A stretch of DNA of 64,000 bases from Azolla caroliniana (Eukaryota; Plantae; Polypodiophyta): contig JBHGNT010000010.1 in the NCBI GenBank assembly GCA_043228905.1, forward strand, positions 18,724,001 through 18,788,000, read 5' to 3'. How positions within the stretch are numbered: the first letter of the stretch is position 1; each line of letters opens with the position of its first letter. Shown here piece after piece: positions 38,481-52,644 of the stretch. The position numbers and the translations under genes are program-made. The notes under the pieces are model-generated. The model was not told the DNA's origin, did not search any database, and saw only the letters and a program-made list of their open reading frames with translations.

Positions 38481-40544
38481 AAAATAAGGCAATTGCTACA
38501 CGTGGATATTCATTCTCTCTCACTCTTGCTCTTACTTTTCTCTCTTACTTTCAACCTTGACAATCCAAATTTTTTTCTTTTCAATCTCTACTTTTGCATC
38601 GAGGTCTATTGAATGTTCGGAAAACACTCATTATGGATTATGCATAATGTGATTAAAAAGGCATGAACAATTTAGAGGCATCATGCTCTTTTTTTGACTA
38701 TATCATGTGAAGATTCTCTGTAACCCATTGATGATTTTTTGTTTTTATTTGCCATTTCTTAGAAAAGCGCCTTAAAATAATATTGAAGTAAGTTAGCGCA
38801 TTTAGGTCCTATGGCAATTTGTGTGCTTTTACGGTTTGTACTTCTAGATTTACATTTTCTTGAAGGTCAATGCAAATCTCCATAGGGTTTAATTATATGT
38901 GGTGCTCATCCTATAATGCCATTCAAAATTGTGTACAACAACCACCATAAACCTAAATAACTTGTCTCTACTTAAAAAATATATTCTAAAGCCACGAAGT
39001 ATGCAAGTCGCACTAAATGATTTGATTTTAGAAATTAAAATAAAAAAGAGTTACTTTCCAATAAAGACTAATAGTTTATTAAAATTTGGAAGTGCAACCA
39101 GTAAATATACGAGATTTAAATCCATAAATATGTTTACAACCAAAAGTTTAAAAATACTAGAAAATGCGTGCACAACTTGTGAATTGCACTTTTAACAAAT
39201 TCTATAGTGAATTGTTGATGATACCATATCCTTCCGAGTTCATGAGTGATCAATCGCTTTTTCAAAGAATATAATCTAAGGTTGCATGAAAGTGGATGCA
39301 ATGAATGAATATATGAATGAGTGGATCTACTTGTCTTTGTCCACATATTTAACTCCCCCCATGAGCATGGTCCACAAAAGGCTTCTCATTAAATAGATGC
39401 ATGTATAAAGTGATCACGACAATTGAAAAGAAGCACGACTTTTGAATGTATGTATAGGAGCATAAAAAATGATCACTATTATCTTTAGGCGATGTTGCAA
39501 TATGAATATTTGGAAGTGGTCCTAAGTCATGATAGATTAAGAGTAGCATCGAGTTAGTTAATTCCAAATAGGTGTGAGCAAACAATATAATAACATATGT
39601 CTCTCATGCATTTACAAGATAGTACATTATACACTATGTATGTTCAATTGTCGATGTAGCGTAGAGACATAATGAGAGTATTGATGAGGGCCTTGATGGT
39701 GAGTTCTACAACTCATTGCTTCCCATTCATAACCAATGATTGAGAAATAAATCATAATCATTTATACTTTTCACATGTATAATAGTTAGTAACAATTACT
39801 TAAGGTACACATATGGCTTCCTATGCATCACAAATGAAGTAGATATCATGAACCAATATTGTGGAAGGAAGAATGTTGGGGTATGATGTCATGTGGAGGT
39901 GGTCACAACATCAAAGGATTTTGGTGATATGATCTGAACCTAGTTACATTTTGAACTTGTGGCCACCATGGCAAAATGCTCGTAATTGAAGTGTAGTGAA
40001 GTCATAATCTAGCTTTTTTGGTACATTGACAAACCTATGTGTCTCTTACAATTTATTTGTGAATAAATTTGATCTATGTAATGGCTTATGGTTTAGCCTC
40101 TTCATTAAAAAAAGAAGTTAGATTCACAAGAAACGTATTATTAAAGTCTTCCTTGTACTCTATTATCTTACACCTTGATTCAATCTAACATCACCTTCTC
40201 AACTTGTTGGTGTTGCCATATCTATAATGAAAGAGATAGAAAACATCAAACAACATTATGATATTCAAAGTTTGGGGTAGAATGTAAATGCCAATTTCAT
40301 TGGAGGAAAGGTTGGCGTTGAGCTAAATATAGGAAATGTGTTGTGGCCAAAACAATTGGTCACATACAATGAAGGCATTTGGGTGTAAATTTTGCAAGTG
40401 GTAGTTGTAAGGCTTGAAAATAGAACATCAAAATTAATGGTCCAAAAAGGCTGAAACATACCCAAAAATTGTAAAAGTACATGATCATTATAACCTATGC
40501 ATTTATGTGAACACCTGGAATGTAGACTATCCTCTTAAATGAAA

Positions 40545-40805
40545 TATGGCTCGTGTTATGCTCTTGGACACTATTTTGCCTTAGGTATGTATATAGAATT
40601 GCAATGTGTGTTATTGAACAAGTCTTATAAAACTTTTTGATATTGGGAAAATATGCTCATGCACTTGGACACTTGAAAACATATTGGCCCAACCTTTTGC
40701 CTTAGGGTATGTATATCGAATTGCAATGTGCTATTGAACACTTACAAAACTTATTGATATCGTAGGAATATGGCTCATGCTCTTGGACACTATTGAAAAC
40801 ATATT
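40545..40805. repeat. Degenerate local tandem duplication
   Basis: ttttgccttagg(g)tatgtatat.gaattgcaatgtg..ttgaaca...tgctcttggacact occurs twice. Confidence 0.7.
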
Positions 40806-41083
40806 GTATTACTATGTCATGTAACAAGGGGAATTATGTTTCTCTATGTAGCATGTTCATATGATAAAACAATAAGTTTTATAGCCAATTTCAAATTTTA
40901 TGGCTCATCATACCATGTTGCTCATGTGATTGATTAAATGAAAATAGATCTCACATGTTCGTCAAAACATGATACGAGGGCTTACACACGTACTTTTGAC
41001 CTAGCTATATTTGTACCTTGTCTAATGAATTGATTGTAAGTAACTCTTACATATGTTGTGCTTCCCATAGTATTATAGGTGTA

Positions 41084-41536
41084 TGTTGAGAATCAAGCTC
41101 AACCTAGTCTAGTGTGTTAACACACCCTTTGAGAATCTATGAGCACTCAAAGGTCAAAAGTCACCACTGCTCTCTACACATTAACTATATGTCAAAGAAT
41201 CATATTCTATGACACATAACTAATGAGTTCCATATTCCCCATAACTAATGAGTCTCCATATTCCCCAAGGTTCTAGTGCGAGAGTGGGTGTTATAGTGAG
41301 TTAATGAAGAGGGAGGGTGACCGTATATAAAGCACCCTCCTACTTCATAAAGAGTCGGCTATCCTCCATTGTAATGCTACATTTTTGTACTTGATATTCT
41401 CTTTGTTAATATACATCTTCTGGAGTGCTTCATTTCTCTTATCTATCTTGTGTTTTCTCTCCTCTCCTTTTTACACACACACACACACACACAACACATC
41501 TCGTCCGTTGCACATAATCATATCCGATTCTTTACA
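41084..41536 (+). repeat. 5' LTR of the copia element (453 bp)
   Basis: TG...CA termini, TATATAAA at ~41324, a (CA)n tract and an internal 25-bp duplication. Confidence 0.95.
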
Positions 41537-44500
41537 TGGTATCAGAACGATTTGGTAGCTTGATCTAGCATGTGTTGTGACCTACACTGACACTCAAGAA
41601 GAATCGGCTCATCGTTATCGTAGTGCCACTACATAACTCATGTTCAAGAGAGAAGGAAAAGAAGAAAGAAATCTACATCGACATAATGAATACTCAAATG
41701 GGCAGTGCTCTCCCTAGTGAGAAGTTGGACAGAAACAAAATTATTTGCATCTTGGGAGAACAAGATGCACCAATACCTAGTCGGCCAAGGCTATTGGGGT
41801 TACAATCAAGGAGCACAAGAAAACAAACCCGGCCCAAAGGACGCCAACTATTCAACATGGGAGCAAGCGGCAAGCCAAGTGATGTATTGCTTGGCAACGT
41901 GTGTCCGTGATCACATGGTTGGCTACATTTGGGAAGCCAAGACGCCGAAAGAAACTTGGGACAATCTCAAGAAGATTTTCGCGGCCAACACAACTGCAAG
42001 AAAGCTTCAACTCCGCCAAGAGTTGAACAACATCCAACAAAGGGATATGTCCATCACAAGCTACATCTTGAAGATCAAGGAGCTTTGTGACTCAATCAAC
42101 TTAATAAGCGTCAACGTGGAAGATGATGAGATGATACAAATATGCTTAGGCGACCTCGCACCACAGTTCGGCGCAATGACAACCGTCGTCCTAGCAAGGG
42201 AGAATCCTCCCTCTTTCTTCAATCTTCAATCAATGTTGTTGGTTGAAGAAAACCACGTTCAAACAAGGAACAACGCCTCAGAAGGCCACATTCTCTACAC
42301 ACACTTGGACGGAGGAAGAGGACGCTGTTGAGCAAGAAGAGGCCAATTCAGCTACCGACGAGGTAGATGAGGTTCGACCTATGAAAACAACTCCCAATTT
42401 CGGCAAGAAAGCGGAAACAATCGAGGAATGTTCGGAAGAAGGGGGAGCTTCCATGCTAGCCCAAGACTACAAAACTCAATCGAATGCGGATATTGTGGCA
42501 AAATCGGTCACCACGAAGAAGAGTGCTGGAAGAAGAAGCGTGAGTGGGCTTCCACAAGCCGACAACTTACCAATTATGCCACTAACTTAGACTATGAAGA
42601 CCTTGATAGAATGTTCGTGATGAGACATAGAGCAAACTCTATGGCGGCTTTTACTTTGACTAGTACCTCAAGTCCGGAAGACGTATGGTTCGTCGACTCC
42701 GTTGCCTCAAACCATATGAAGTCTCATCAAGAATGGTTTTGAGACTTACGAGAGCCGGATCGACCCGGCTATGTCGAGAGTGGAGACGACACTACTCATC
42801 CGACTCAACACATCAACAGTGTCCCATTTGGGAAAGACGATGACCAAACTTATATAAAAAATGCGTTGCATGTACCGACTATCACGAAGAATTTGGTCTC
42901 AGTCGACGACCAAATTGTGGAGTAAGGCATACAAGTCCGATTCAACCAAGGTGGTTGCTTCATCGAGAAGGAAGGACGACTCATCACTTGCGGACAAAGA
43001 GAAGGCGGAATGTTCATTCTCGATTTGCATGAGATGAAATTGGCCATGTTTGCAGAAAGCACCAAAGCCAACACCGATATAGAGCTATGGCATGAATGAA
43101 TCGGCCATATCAATATAAACAAACTCAAGGGCATGCAATCAAAAGGATTCATCATCAGACTCCCTACATTAAAGAGATAGAGATTGAAGGGGTATGTGAA
43201 GCTTGCCAATTTGGCAAACAACATTGGCAACCATTCCCGAAAGAGAAGAACGTGAGCAAAGGCATACTGGATGTAATTCTTTCCGACGAATGGGGACCGA
43301 CTGTCACAGACACGTCATGTTCGTGAAACCGGTTCAGACGGCTACATTCGGCAGATGCCGATATTGCATGACCTTTATTGACAACTTCTCTAGGCACACT
43401 TGGATCTTCCCCATGAGGCAGAAGAGTGAAATGTTTGCACACTTCCAAAAATTCAAAAGTGGAGTCGAAAAGGAAATAGGTCGGCATGTACAATGTCTTT
43501 GGTCAGATGGAGGCAAGGAATACTTCTCCGATACATTCACGACATACCTTTGACAAGAAGGAATCAAGCGTGAATTTTTGTGTTGACATACACCACAACA
43601 GAATGGAGTAACCAAATAGAAGAATCAACACATCCTCGAAGTACCACACACTATGCTGAACGAAAAGCACATGGCAAAGTCATATTGGGATGACGCCGCC
43701 AACACAACCGTCTGCCTCATGAATAGGTGTACAACCTCTAGGGTGCACGATGTGACACCCCACGAGAAGTTTTATGGAAAGAAGCCGGATTTATCCTACG
43801 TCAGGATATTCAACTCAATTGCATATGTACATATTCCCAACGAGAAGCGACAGAGCTCGATCCTAAGTCGGAGAAATGTATCCTAGTAGGGTAATCACTT
43901 GAACAAAAGGGGTACAAGTGTTATAACCCATCTACCCAGAAAGTTCGAGTGAGTCGAGATGTCGTTTTCGATGAGTCGACATCCTAGTACGAACTAGAGA
44001 CGACTCCAACTCCAACCCTAGTCCACCTGAACTTGGCCAACCAAGAGATAGAAGATGAAGATCGACTGAGGCATATGTTCAAAGAAATTCTGATCACGAC
44101 CAGGCCCAGTGGGCCATAAGAGCCCCCGAGCGACCAAAGCACATCTTGGCCAAGTCCGAAGATGGACAAAGATAAAGCCAAAATGCCGGAATATGAAGAC
44201 AATCATTCCGACAACAATGAATTCACTTACTCACTCGACAGTGAGCTTGGTGGCTTTGATGTACCGATTATGAGGACACCTGGAGTGAAGAAAGCTATTG
44301 CCACGACAAACCAAAAACTTTGTCGCTCCACCCGAGAGAAGAATCCAGTTAGCCGCTTCGGCTACAACGAGTATATGACATATCACTATGCCTTTATGAT
44401 GAAGGTGGCGGCAGTTCGTGAACTGGAAACTTTTTCCAAGGCAACCAAGGATCCACGATGGGTCGAATCAATGAACAAGGAGATGCGGGAATTGTGCAAG

Positions 44501-46053
44501 AATGAGACATGGGATCTCGTTCCCCACTGACCACACAAAAAGGCGATTGACTGCAGAGGGATTTACAAAGTGAAGTATGATACTAACAACTCCGTCAACT
44601 GCCACAAAGCTCGACTCGTAACGAAAGGATATGCACAAACACATGGAGTCGACTATGAAGAGACCTTTGCCCCGCTGGCAAAGATGACGATTGTGTGGAC
44701 CGTGATTACACTTGCAACGGCGAAAGGGTGGCACCTCCATCAGATGGACGTAAAGAACGCCTTTCTCCAAGGATAATTAGAAGAGGAGATGTACATGGTA
44801 CAACCACCCGACTTCGAATCCAACATCCATCCGAAAGCAGTTTGCCGACTAAAGAAGTCACTCTACAACCTTAAACAAGCACCATGTGCTTGGCATTCGA
44901 AGATAACACAATATCTTCATCAAATCGGCTTCAGAATGTCCTAACATGACAACTCTCTCTCTGTTAGAAGCGATTCTAGAAACCCTATTGTCATCATCAT
45001 ATATGTGGATGATTTGGTCATTGGAGGTGAAAATCTAGTCGATATCAACAAGGTCAAGTCCCTCCTCTCCAGAAAATTCGAGATGACATGCATGAAAGAG
45101 CTTCATTACTTCCTTGGCATCGAGGTAATTCGGACTCCAACCAGCATTATGATCTCCTAAAGACACTACATCCTTAACTCGTTATACAAGTTCGGGATGA
45201 CTGAGTGTAACTCTGTGGCAACCCCTCTAGATCAAAACCTAAAGCTAGTTGCCAACTCCGGCACGGAAGAGTGTGAACCGACTCAATATCGACAAGTGAT
45301 CGAGAGCATCATTTACCTCACAATCACTCGACCCGACCTCAGCTACCTAGACGGTCTCCTTATCAATTCATGCAAAAGTCACGTGACATTCACTTGGATT
45401 GCGTTAAGTGAGTGCTACGATACGCGAGTGACACAATGGATTGCGGCATTCTCTACAAATCAACCACACCAATTCGACTCAGGGGTACACAGATGCCGAT
45501 TGGACCGGTTATAAGGTTGATAGACGATTGACCTCCGAATTTGTTCTCTCCCTCTCCCTCTGGATTTGTTCTCTTCGGACTAGCAAGAAGGAATCGATTG
45601 TTGCACTTTCGAGCACAGAGGCCGAATATAGGGGCATAACTAGGGCTTCATGTGAAGCCGTCTGGCTAAAGAGAATCTTGAAGGACCTGGGTGTTCCCAT
45701 CAAGGAACCTATTCCCTTGTACTACGACAACATGAGCAGTATTCATTTGGCTCGGCACCTGGTGTTCCAAGCACACGCAAAGCATATCGAAGTGCACTAT
45801 CACTTCATTCGAGAGCATGTTCAGGCTGGAGATGTCGACCTTCAACACATCAACACGAATCTTTAGACAACCGACATCTTCACCAAAGCCCTAGGAACCA
45901 ACAAGCTTCGACAATTCATGTCAGAACTCGGATTGACAGTCTCTGACTTACCAAGCTTGTGGGGGAGTACAAACTAGACACCATCCGAACTGGATATCAG
46001 TCGAAGCGGACATCTACCGAAAGAAGCCAATCAAAGTTGAGCTTGTAGGGGCG

Positions 46054-46491
46054 TGTTGAGAATCAAGCTCAACCTAGTCTAGTGTGTTAACACACCCTTT
46101 GAGAATCAATGAGCGCTCAAAGGTCAAAAGTCACCACTACTCTCTACACATTAACTATGTGTCATAGAATCATATTCTATGACACATAACTAATGAGTCT
46201 CCACATTCCCCAAGGTTTTAGTGCGAGAGTGGGCGTTATAGTGAGTTAATGAAGAGAGAGGGTGACCTTATATAAAGCACGCCCCTCCTACTTCATAAAG
46301 AGTCGGCTATCCTCCATTGTAATGCTACATTTTTGTACTTGATATTCTCCTTGTTAATATACATCCTCTTGAGTACTTCATTTCTCTTATCTATAATCTT
46401 GCGTTTTCTCTCCTCTCCTCTTTACACACACACACACACACACAAAACACACATCTCTTCTGTTGCACAAAATCATATCCGATTCTTTACA
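46054..46491 (+). repeat. 3' LTR of the copia element (438 bp)
   Basis: Matches the 5' LTR with about 20 substitutions counted by eye, plus indels. Confidence 0.95.
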
Positions 46492-47728
46492 ATATATTAT
46501 TACCTTAATCTATACCTTGGTAGTCAAATGAAATATATGAAGAAGAGAGTTTAATTTCACAAATAGAGCCCTTGGTGATGTCTCAAGATGTTATAATGAA
46601 CGGCATAGGTTGTCCTTGTTATACATACAACCCAACACCTATGGCTCCTTGACCACCACATTTCTTGTGCATCATAAATCCTTGTGGGTTTGTCCCAAGT
46701 CCTATGACATATTGATTGCCACCTATCCTACCCTTAGATAACGTTTCTTCTAAATACTAAAAATGAGTTGATGTTTTGGGAGGGCTTGCGATGATTTTCT
46801 CTAGCATGCACATATGTCAAAAACTGAACACTCTTCTTGTTTCTTTCATATATTTCGTTTGGCCCTAAACTTGAAAATATTGAGATCCATTTATCAATAA
46901 CATAGAAATAAGTGACTTCGCTCTAAGTGGATATTCGGGGTAGCTCATTGAATGAACCTTATATTATTCCTAAGAACCTAAAACCCAAGCTAATAGACTT
47001 TAGCATTGCTCTAAGAAAACTACAAATATAAATCAAGTGACTTAGAAAAATATTTTTTTGAGAGTTCAACATGGCTAGCCACTCTACTATGCATCCCATT
47101 GTTGCAAATATTTTCATATGACATGCCAAGAGTTCGCTCAAATGCTAATGCATTTATGCCAAGTTGACAAACAACTCACGTTATACAATCTTGTTAACTC
47201 AGTTCAAAAGTCTGCAATGCGATCTGGTTCCATCCATTACACCTTCCTCTACTTCATTTTAAGGAGTGCCTACTATTGTTCATGTCGGAAAATCAATCAC
47301 TAGATAGAGTACCCTTCTAGAAAGCAGAACATCCTAATGTGTACATACAGTGATCAAGAAAAGCATCCTAATGGTTTTAAGCATGCAATGTGATCTGGTC
47401 CCACTCCATTGTTGGTAGAGTACCCTTATCGTAGGCAAATACATCCTAACGTGTACAATCAATTTCTTGCAGCGCTCATCCTTCATGAGCCCTTTTGGAA
47501 CAGGACTTCCAATGACAATCCGACACGCTTCACTCGAAGCAGCAAATTGGGAATGCGAAACCTGGATGGATCAAAGAGCAGTTTATGTAGCACCACCAAG
47601 TGCAATCTACTAACGTGACACATCATCATTGAACCCTTAAAAAGAGCAGTATCTCAGTCGAGGATCGAAAGGGACGGGATTGAAAGAGCGCTATGTGAGC
47701 CGAGCCGAAAGCGGCTCCGTGTGTGTGT

Positions 47729-47826
47729 TCACTCACTCACTCACTCACACACACACACACTCTCTCTCTCTCTCTCTAGCTCACTCACTCACACACACAC
47801 ACACACACTCTCTCTCTCTCTCTCTC

Positions 47827-47861
<35 letters not shown>

Positions 47862-47880
47862 TGTGTTTGTGTTGTGTGTG
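47729..47880. repeat. (CA)n(CT)n-(AG)n(TG)n compound microsatellite in the EIN3/EIL promoter region
   Basis: Directly visible. The arms are mutually complementary around CTAG at ~47826. Confidence 0.9.
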
Positions 47881-49133
47881 GATCTTGTTCACTCTTTTTG
47901 TGGTCAATAATTTACTCTTTTGGGCAGATGCCCCCTGTCTCCCCTTTTCTCTCTCTCTCTCTCTCCCCCTTCAGCTCTCTCTCTGCATCTCTGAGTTTTC
48001 CATCAGGAAAATCAGAACGAAAACCCTACAATTCGCAGTATCTTCTCATCACCCACCTCATCATCATCATCGTCGTCGTCGTCGTCGTCATCATCACCAT
48101 CGCTAAGGGTAACCCTCTCTTTATCTCTGTGTGCTCATTCATATCTAGGGCTCGGTTTCTTCTTCTTTTTTCTCCTTTATATTTTATCTATGTCCCCCTA
48201 TCCCCGCATCTCCACTCTTCTGGAAATCATTGATTGACTGTACTGAAAATTTCATCACTTAGTATATGGAATAAATTTATTCGAGTTCTGTTTGTCTTCT
48301 ATGTTGTGTTTGTGTTTTTATTTCTATTTTCGATTTGGGCGAGTGTAGTTGGGGCACGATCTTATTGTTTTTTTTTTTAGTAGCTAGGGTATGTGAAGGA
48401 TGCACTGTTTTCATGTCATATTTGTATATCCTTTGTACTATGGGCATGTTTTCTTTTCCTGATAGATATATGGCATATTCTGCATATGTATGATTTCTAT
48501 GAGGAATACGGCATGGATGCCCTATGTATATTATGAAAAATGTGTCATGGATGCCCTGTGTTTATTTAGCAAAAATATTCCATGTTTGTGTATATGTATA
48601 CATGCATGTATTGATATGTATGTATATGATTTCTATGATCATCTTGCTATGTTTGTATATATATGTTTTGTATGAGGATCAAGTCATGGATGCCCTATGC
48701 CCATCTATGAAGAGCATGTCATGTTTGCATATCTATATCTATCTATATACTTTTTCTACTAAGAACATACCATGTTTATATACATGATTTCTATGAGGAA
48801 CATGCCATGGATATGCCCATCAGTGTCTTGGCTGTACTGCTTCCAATTCTCGGTATTTGTATGAAGCCGTGATATGATGCATTATAGATTCATACTTATA
48901 TATTCTTGTTTATCTCTATATATTTGAACTGAGGCTTATCGATTATACTATATTTGTAGTATTTTTTCCATGTTGGGTTTCCAGTGCAATTTTTCGTTCA
49001 TTACCCAAGCTCGTAATTGATATCATGCTGTTTTGGGTGTTGTTGCAAATAGATGAAGAATATTTGAAGATTTCGAACTCTCCAAATAGATCAACAGCTA
49101 CGTTTGCATTGTTATATAACATTCTGAGAGGCT

Positions 49134-50936
49134 ATGGAGATGGATGAAATTGACCCCTTCGGAAATCTTGACAATGATTTAACAAACATCATGGGAGAGA
49201 TGGAAACCGGTGGATTGCCAGGTGAAGGCCTTAGTGATGATGGTGTTGATGTTGATGAGCTGGAGCAAAGGATTTGGAGAGATCGAGTTAGGCTGAAGCA
49301 CTTAAAAGAGAGACGACGATTCAAAGAGCAAGCAGAGAAGCCAAAGCATAAGCAATCACAAGAGCAAGCTCGGCGCAAAAAGATGGCACGGGCACAAGAT
49401 GCGATTCTAAAGTACATGATTAAGATGATGGAAGTGTGCAAAGCACAAGGGTTTGTATATGGGATCATACCTGAGAAGGGCAAGCCAGTAACTGGTGCAT
49501 CAGATAACCTCCGAGCTTGGTGGAAAGAAGAGGTGAAATTTGATAGGAATGGACCAACAGCCGTTGTAAAATATAAAGCGAAGCAAGGATCTTTGCAAAA
49601 TACTACGGTTTCTGCCCCGGATTCTCACACGCTACAAGAGCTCCAAGACACAACTCTTGGGTCACTCCTCTCAGCTCTTATGCCACATTGCAATCCACCT
49701 CAGAGGCGGTTTCCATTAGAGAAAGGAGTAGCCCCACCGTGGTGGCCTACTGGAGATGAGGATTGGTGGCCTCAAGTGGGTACGCCAAAAGGTCATGGTG
49801 CCCCGCCTTACAAAAAACCACATGATTTGAAGAAATCATGGAAGCTCGGGGTGCTTTTGGCTGTCATCAAGCACATGTCATCGGATATAAGTAAAATCCG
49901 TACGGTTGTGATGCAGAACAAGAGTCTTCAGGATAAGATGACTGCGAAAGAGAGTGCAACATGGATGGGGGTCTTGAATCAAGAAGAATCTATTCGGCAT
50001 CAAGAAGGGAATGTGGGCAGTGTGATCACTAGTGATGATACCGGAGAGGCTGCAGAAGCCCAAAATAATGCGAATGAGAATGATGCTGAAGGATTTGGGG
50101 ATACATCTACTTTTGCTGTAAGTCATGATCATGATGATCAAATTCAAGATACGGAAGCAGCAACATATGTCATAAACAATAAGGTGATAACGCTAGAAAA
50201 TACGAGAGGTTTCGATGCCGAAGAAACACCCCCTGTGTATGACGAAGTGGCGTCAGAAGCAGGGCAAGTTATTACAAAGAGGATTAACACAGACGATTCT
50301 ATGTATGAAACACCTGCAAAATATCGACGAGTGGATAGTTATTCTTCTACAGTGCACAATGTTCACCTGTCTGATGGGACACTTGAACTTCCGGATCAAA
50401 ATTCATTGCTTGGAGGAAAAATTGGGAACATTTCGAGTTATTCTAACTTGGCTGGTCCTGGAGGCTTAATTGCAGCAAGATCATGTGAGGAAACTTCGCA
50501 GACCATGCCGAAGCATGTCTTAACAAATGAACATCCGGATTTGGTTATTGGAAGCCGGATGCAACATGACTGGGTGACAGGTACTTTAAGTGCTTTTAAT
50601 GTTGGGAAGCAACTTGAAGCAAACATGATTGTAGACATGGAAATTCGCAATGAGTTCCAAGATGCTTCAAATGTGAGCTTTGGAGAGAATATGGACTATA
50701 ATCAACCTTACAACAGCACGGATGCAGAGGCACTTCAAAATGCAAGCCTAACTGGCTTTAATAGTGGAAAAGTTGTTGAAAATCACTTCAATTCTCCACA
50801 TTCAATCACGGATCCTGATGAATTTGGCTTTAGCTCGAGGTATAACATCGCTATAGAAAACGCCAAATCTTTGGCAGAAGAAGAGTTAGACAGCTTCCCG
50901 TCATATGAGGATTTCATCTGTTTCTTTGGATCATAG
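49134..50936 (+). CDS. EIL: ETHYLENE INSENSITIVE 3 / EIN3-like transcription factor, 600 aa, single coding exon
   Basis: EIN3 domain motifs [124 protein letters not shown] and [14 protein letters not shown] probable 5'UTR intron lies at ~48109-49052. Confidence 0.96.
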   Translation: MEMDEIDPFGNLDNDLTNIMGEMETGGLPGEGLSDDGVDVDELEQRIWRDRVRLKHLKERRRFKEQAEKPKHKQSQEQARRKKMARAQDAILKYMIKMMEVCKAQGFVYGIIPEKGKPVTGASDNLRAWWKEEVKFDRNGPTAVVKYKAKQGSLQNTTVSAPDSHTLQELQDTTLGSLLSALMPHCNPPQRRFPLEKGVAPPWWPTGDEDWWPQVGTPKGHGAPPYKKPHDLKKSWKLGVLLAVIKHMSSDISKIRTVVMQNKSLQDKMTAKESATWMGVLNQEESIRHQEGNVGSVITSDDTGEAAEAQNNANENDAEGFGDTSTFAVSHDHDDQIQDTEAATYVINNKVITLENTRGFDAEETPPVYDEVASEAGQVITKRINTDDSMYETPAKYRRVDSYSSTVHNVHLSDGTLELPDQNSLLGGKIGNISSYSNLAGPGGLIAARSCEETSQTMPKHVLTNEHPDLVIGSRMQHDWVTGTLSAFNVGKQLEANMIVDMEIRNEFQDASNVSFGENMDYNQPYNSTDAEALQNASLTGFNSGKVVENHFNSPHSITDPDEFGFSSRYNIAIENAKSLAEEELDSFPSYEDFICFFGS

Positions 50937-52644
50937 GTATGTGCACATGCTGCAATCGTAAAATGTAGTTTCATTGATCAGAGGGTTATGTACACATGGA
51001 AAAGGCTTTGCCCACCTTTCTTAATGAGAATCAAGATGATTTTCATTTTACTCTTTACCCTTAGAATATACAATTCCCAGGGGTATGTACACTTATCCAA
51101 AAGATACATTTGTTCCCTCGTTCATACCAATCTGTATGATGTGTATATTTGATTTGATCCATTCTCAGAGGACCTATTTTCTGATGGTGTTCCAATGATC
51201 ATTTTCAGTTGATTGGATTTGCATGTTCTGTAGAAATATTTTTTGTACAATGTAGAGAGGTATGATGATATTTGATGGGAGACGATTTTCTTCATCAACG
51301 GGTTGCTTTGGTTTCCTGAAGGTAATTTATGCATCATATCCATCTGCATTGCTTTCACTTAAAATTTTGTTTTTGTAAATAACAAATTTGTTAATAAAGG
51401 GAATGTATGTTCTAATATCCCCACTAAAAAATGTTTTGAAGGTTTTGTAAATATGGAAGTAATCTGAGTATTATAAGAGACTGGTCATTTGGAAGTATAT
51501 TTGATGAGGTTCTGAGTAGCACACGGATTAATTTTTTCACATTTTTGGTCAATAATGTTAAAAATTTGATAATAGGGTTATGAGTTCAAAGAAGAGATTT
51601 TTCTTTTAGTCATACAAAATTGTTTCATCATATAATAACCTATTTTCCACTCAATCTATTCATTTGTTTTTTATTCATGTTTTTAAGGAATAAGAGTGTT
51701 TTTGGCAATGTAGTTTGCTGGACATGGAGCCTAGTATTGATGTCTAATGCATAGTCATACTCATAGTCATACTCGCTTCATGTATTGGATGTTTTGAGAA
51801 ATGTTTTACAATAGATCCTGGATTTTATAGTGTGGTTTGTTCTATTTGCATTTTCATGAAAATATTAACAAAATATATTTTTACAAGATTCTTTCAGGTA
51901 GTGGATTCACCAAACCAACCAGTAGTTTTTTGTAAGGATTTTATTATCACTACACTTCAATGTTGGGTGTGAGCGATGCTATCCCTACACTTCGATTGGT
52001 TCTGACTTTGTATGAGCCTCAACAATGCATCTCAAATTGCAAATGAGCCACATTTGTCGCAGTGCGCATTTTATTTAGACATTAAAAATGAATATCAAAT
52101 GCTAGTGCAGTGAGGACCTCCTGTCCATTTTTTCTTGAATCACTGAAAAGCATGGAAAGGTTGTGCTCAATGTCGATGATATTTGTTGTCTCTATCTGAG
52201 GGATTTAGACTCTCAGAGTTTTGTGCACACAAATCTTATGAGTTGCTTTGGTGTTATGAATTACATGGATAACAATATATATTTATGAGTTACTTTGATA
52301 TGCCACATCTAGATTGGTGTAAATCTCATCAATGTGCAGTTTACATGGATAGCAAGGATGGAAAGTTTTTTTGTTTTATTTATTTATTTCATATTATTGA
52401 TTTATTTACTTATTTTAAAAGATTTACCTTCGTATTAATGGAAAGATGCCCAAAGGCTACAAAGAACTCATACATGTAAACGCAACCACCATACCCACAT
52501 CGATCAACATGTCGAGTAGCAAAAGCTCTCACACAACTACCTTAGAAAATGTTTTTACGACATATAGATCTTACAAGAAACAAGTTGTTCTTGCAACTAT
52601 TCAACAAAAGGTTATAAATGTCATTACATCTTAGTTATTACAAC

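Larger units (their letters stand above)
41084..46491 (+). mobile_element. Full-length, decayed Ty1/copia LTR retrotransposon
   Basis: Two LTRs TGTTGAG...TTTACA, PBS TGGTATCAGAAC at 41537 and PPT agcttgtaggggcg before 46054. Domain order is gag (UBN2-like, ARKLQLRQEL), Zn knuckle CGYCGKIGHHEEEC, protease WFVDS, integrase (CEACQFGKQ, SDGGKEY, PQQNG), RT (KARLV.KGYAQ, HQMDVKNAFL, YVDD ~45002), RNase H (ALSSTEAEY, KHIEVHYHF, DIFTK). Many stops and frameshifts. TSD gtgta/atata. Confidence 0.97.
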
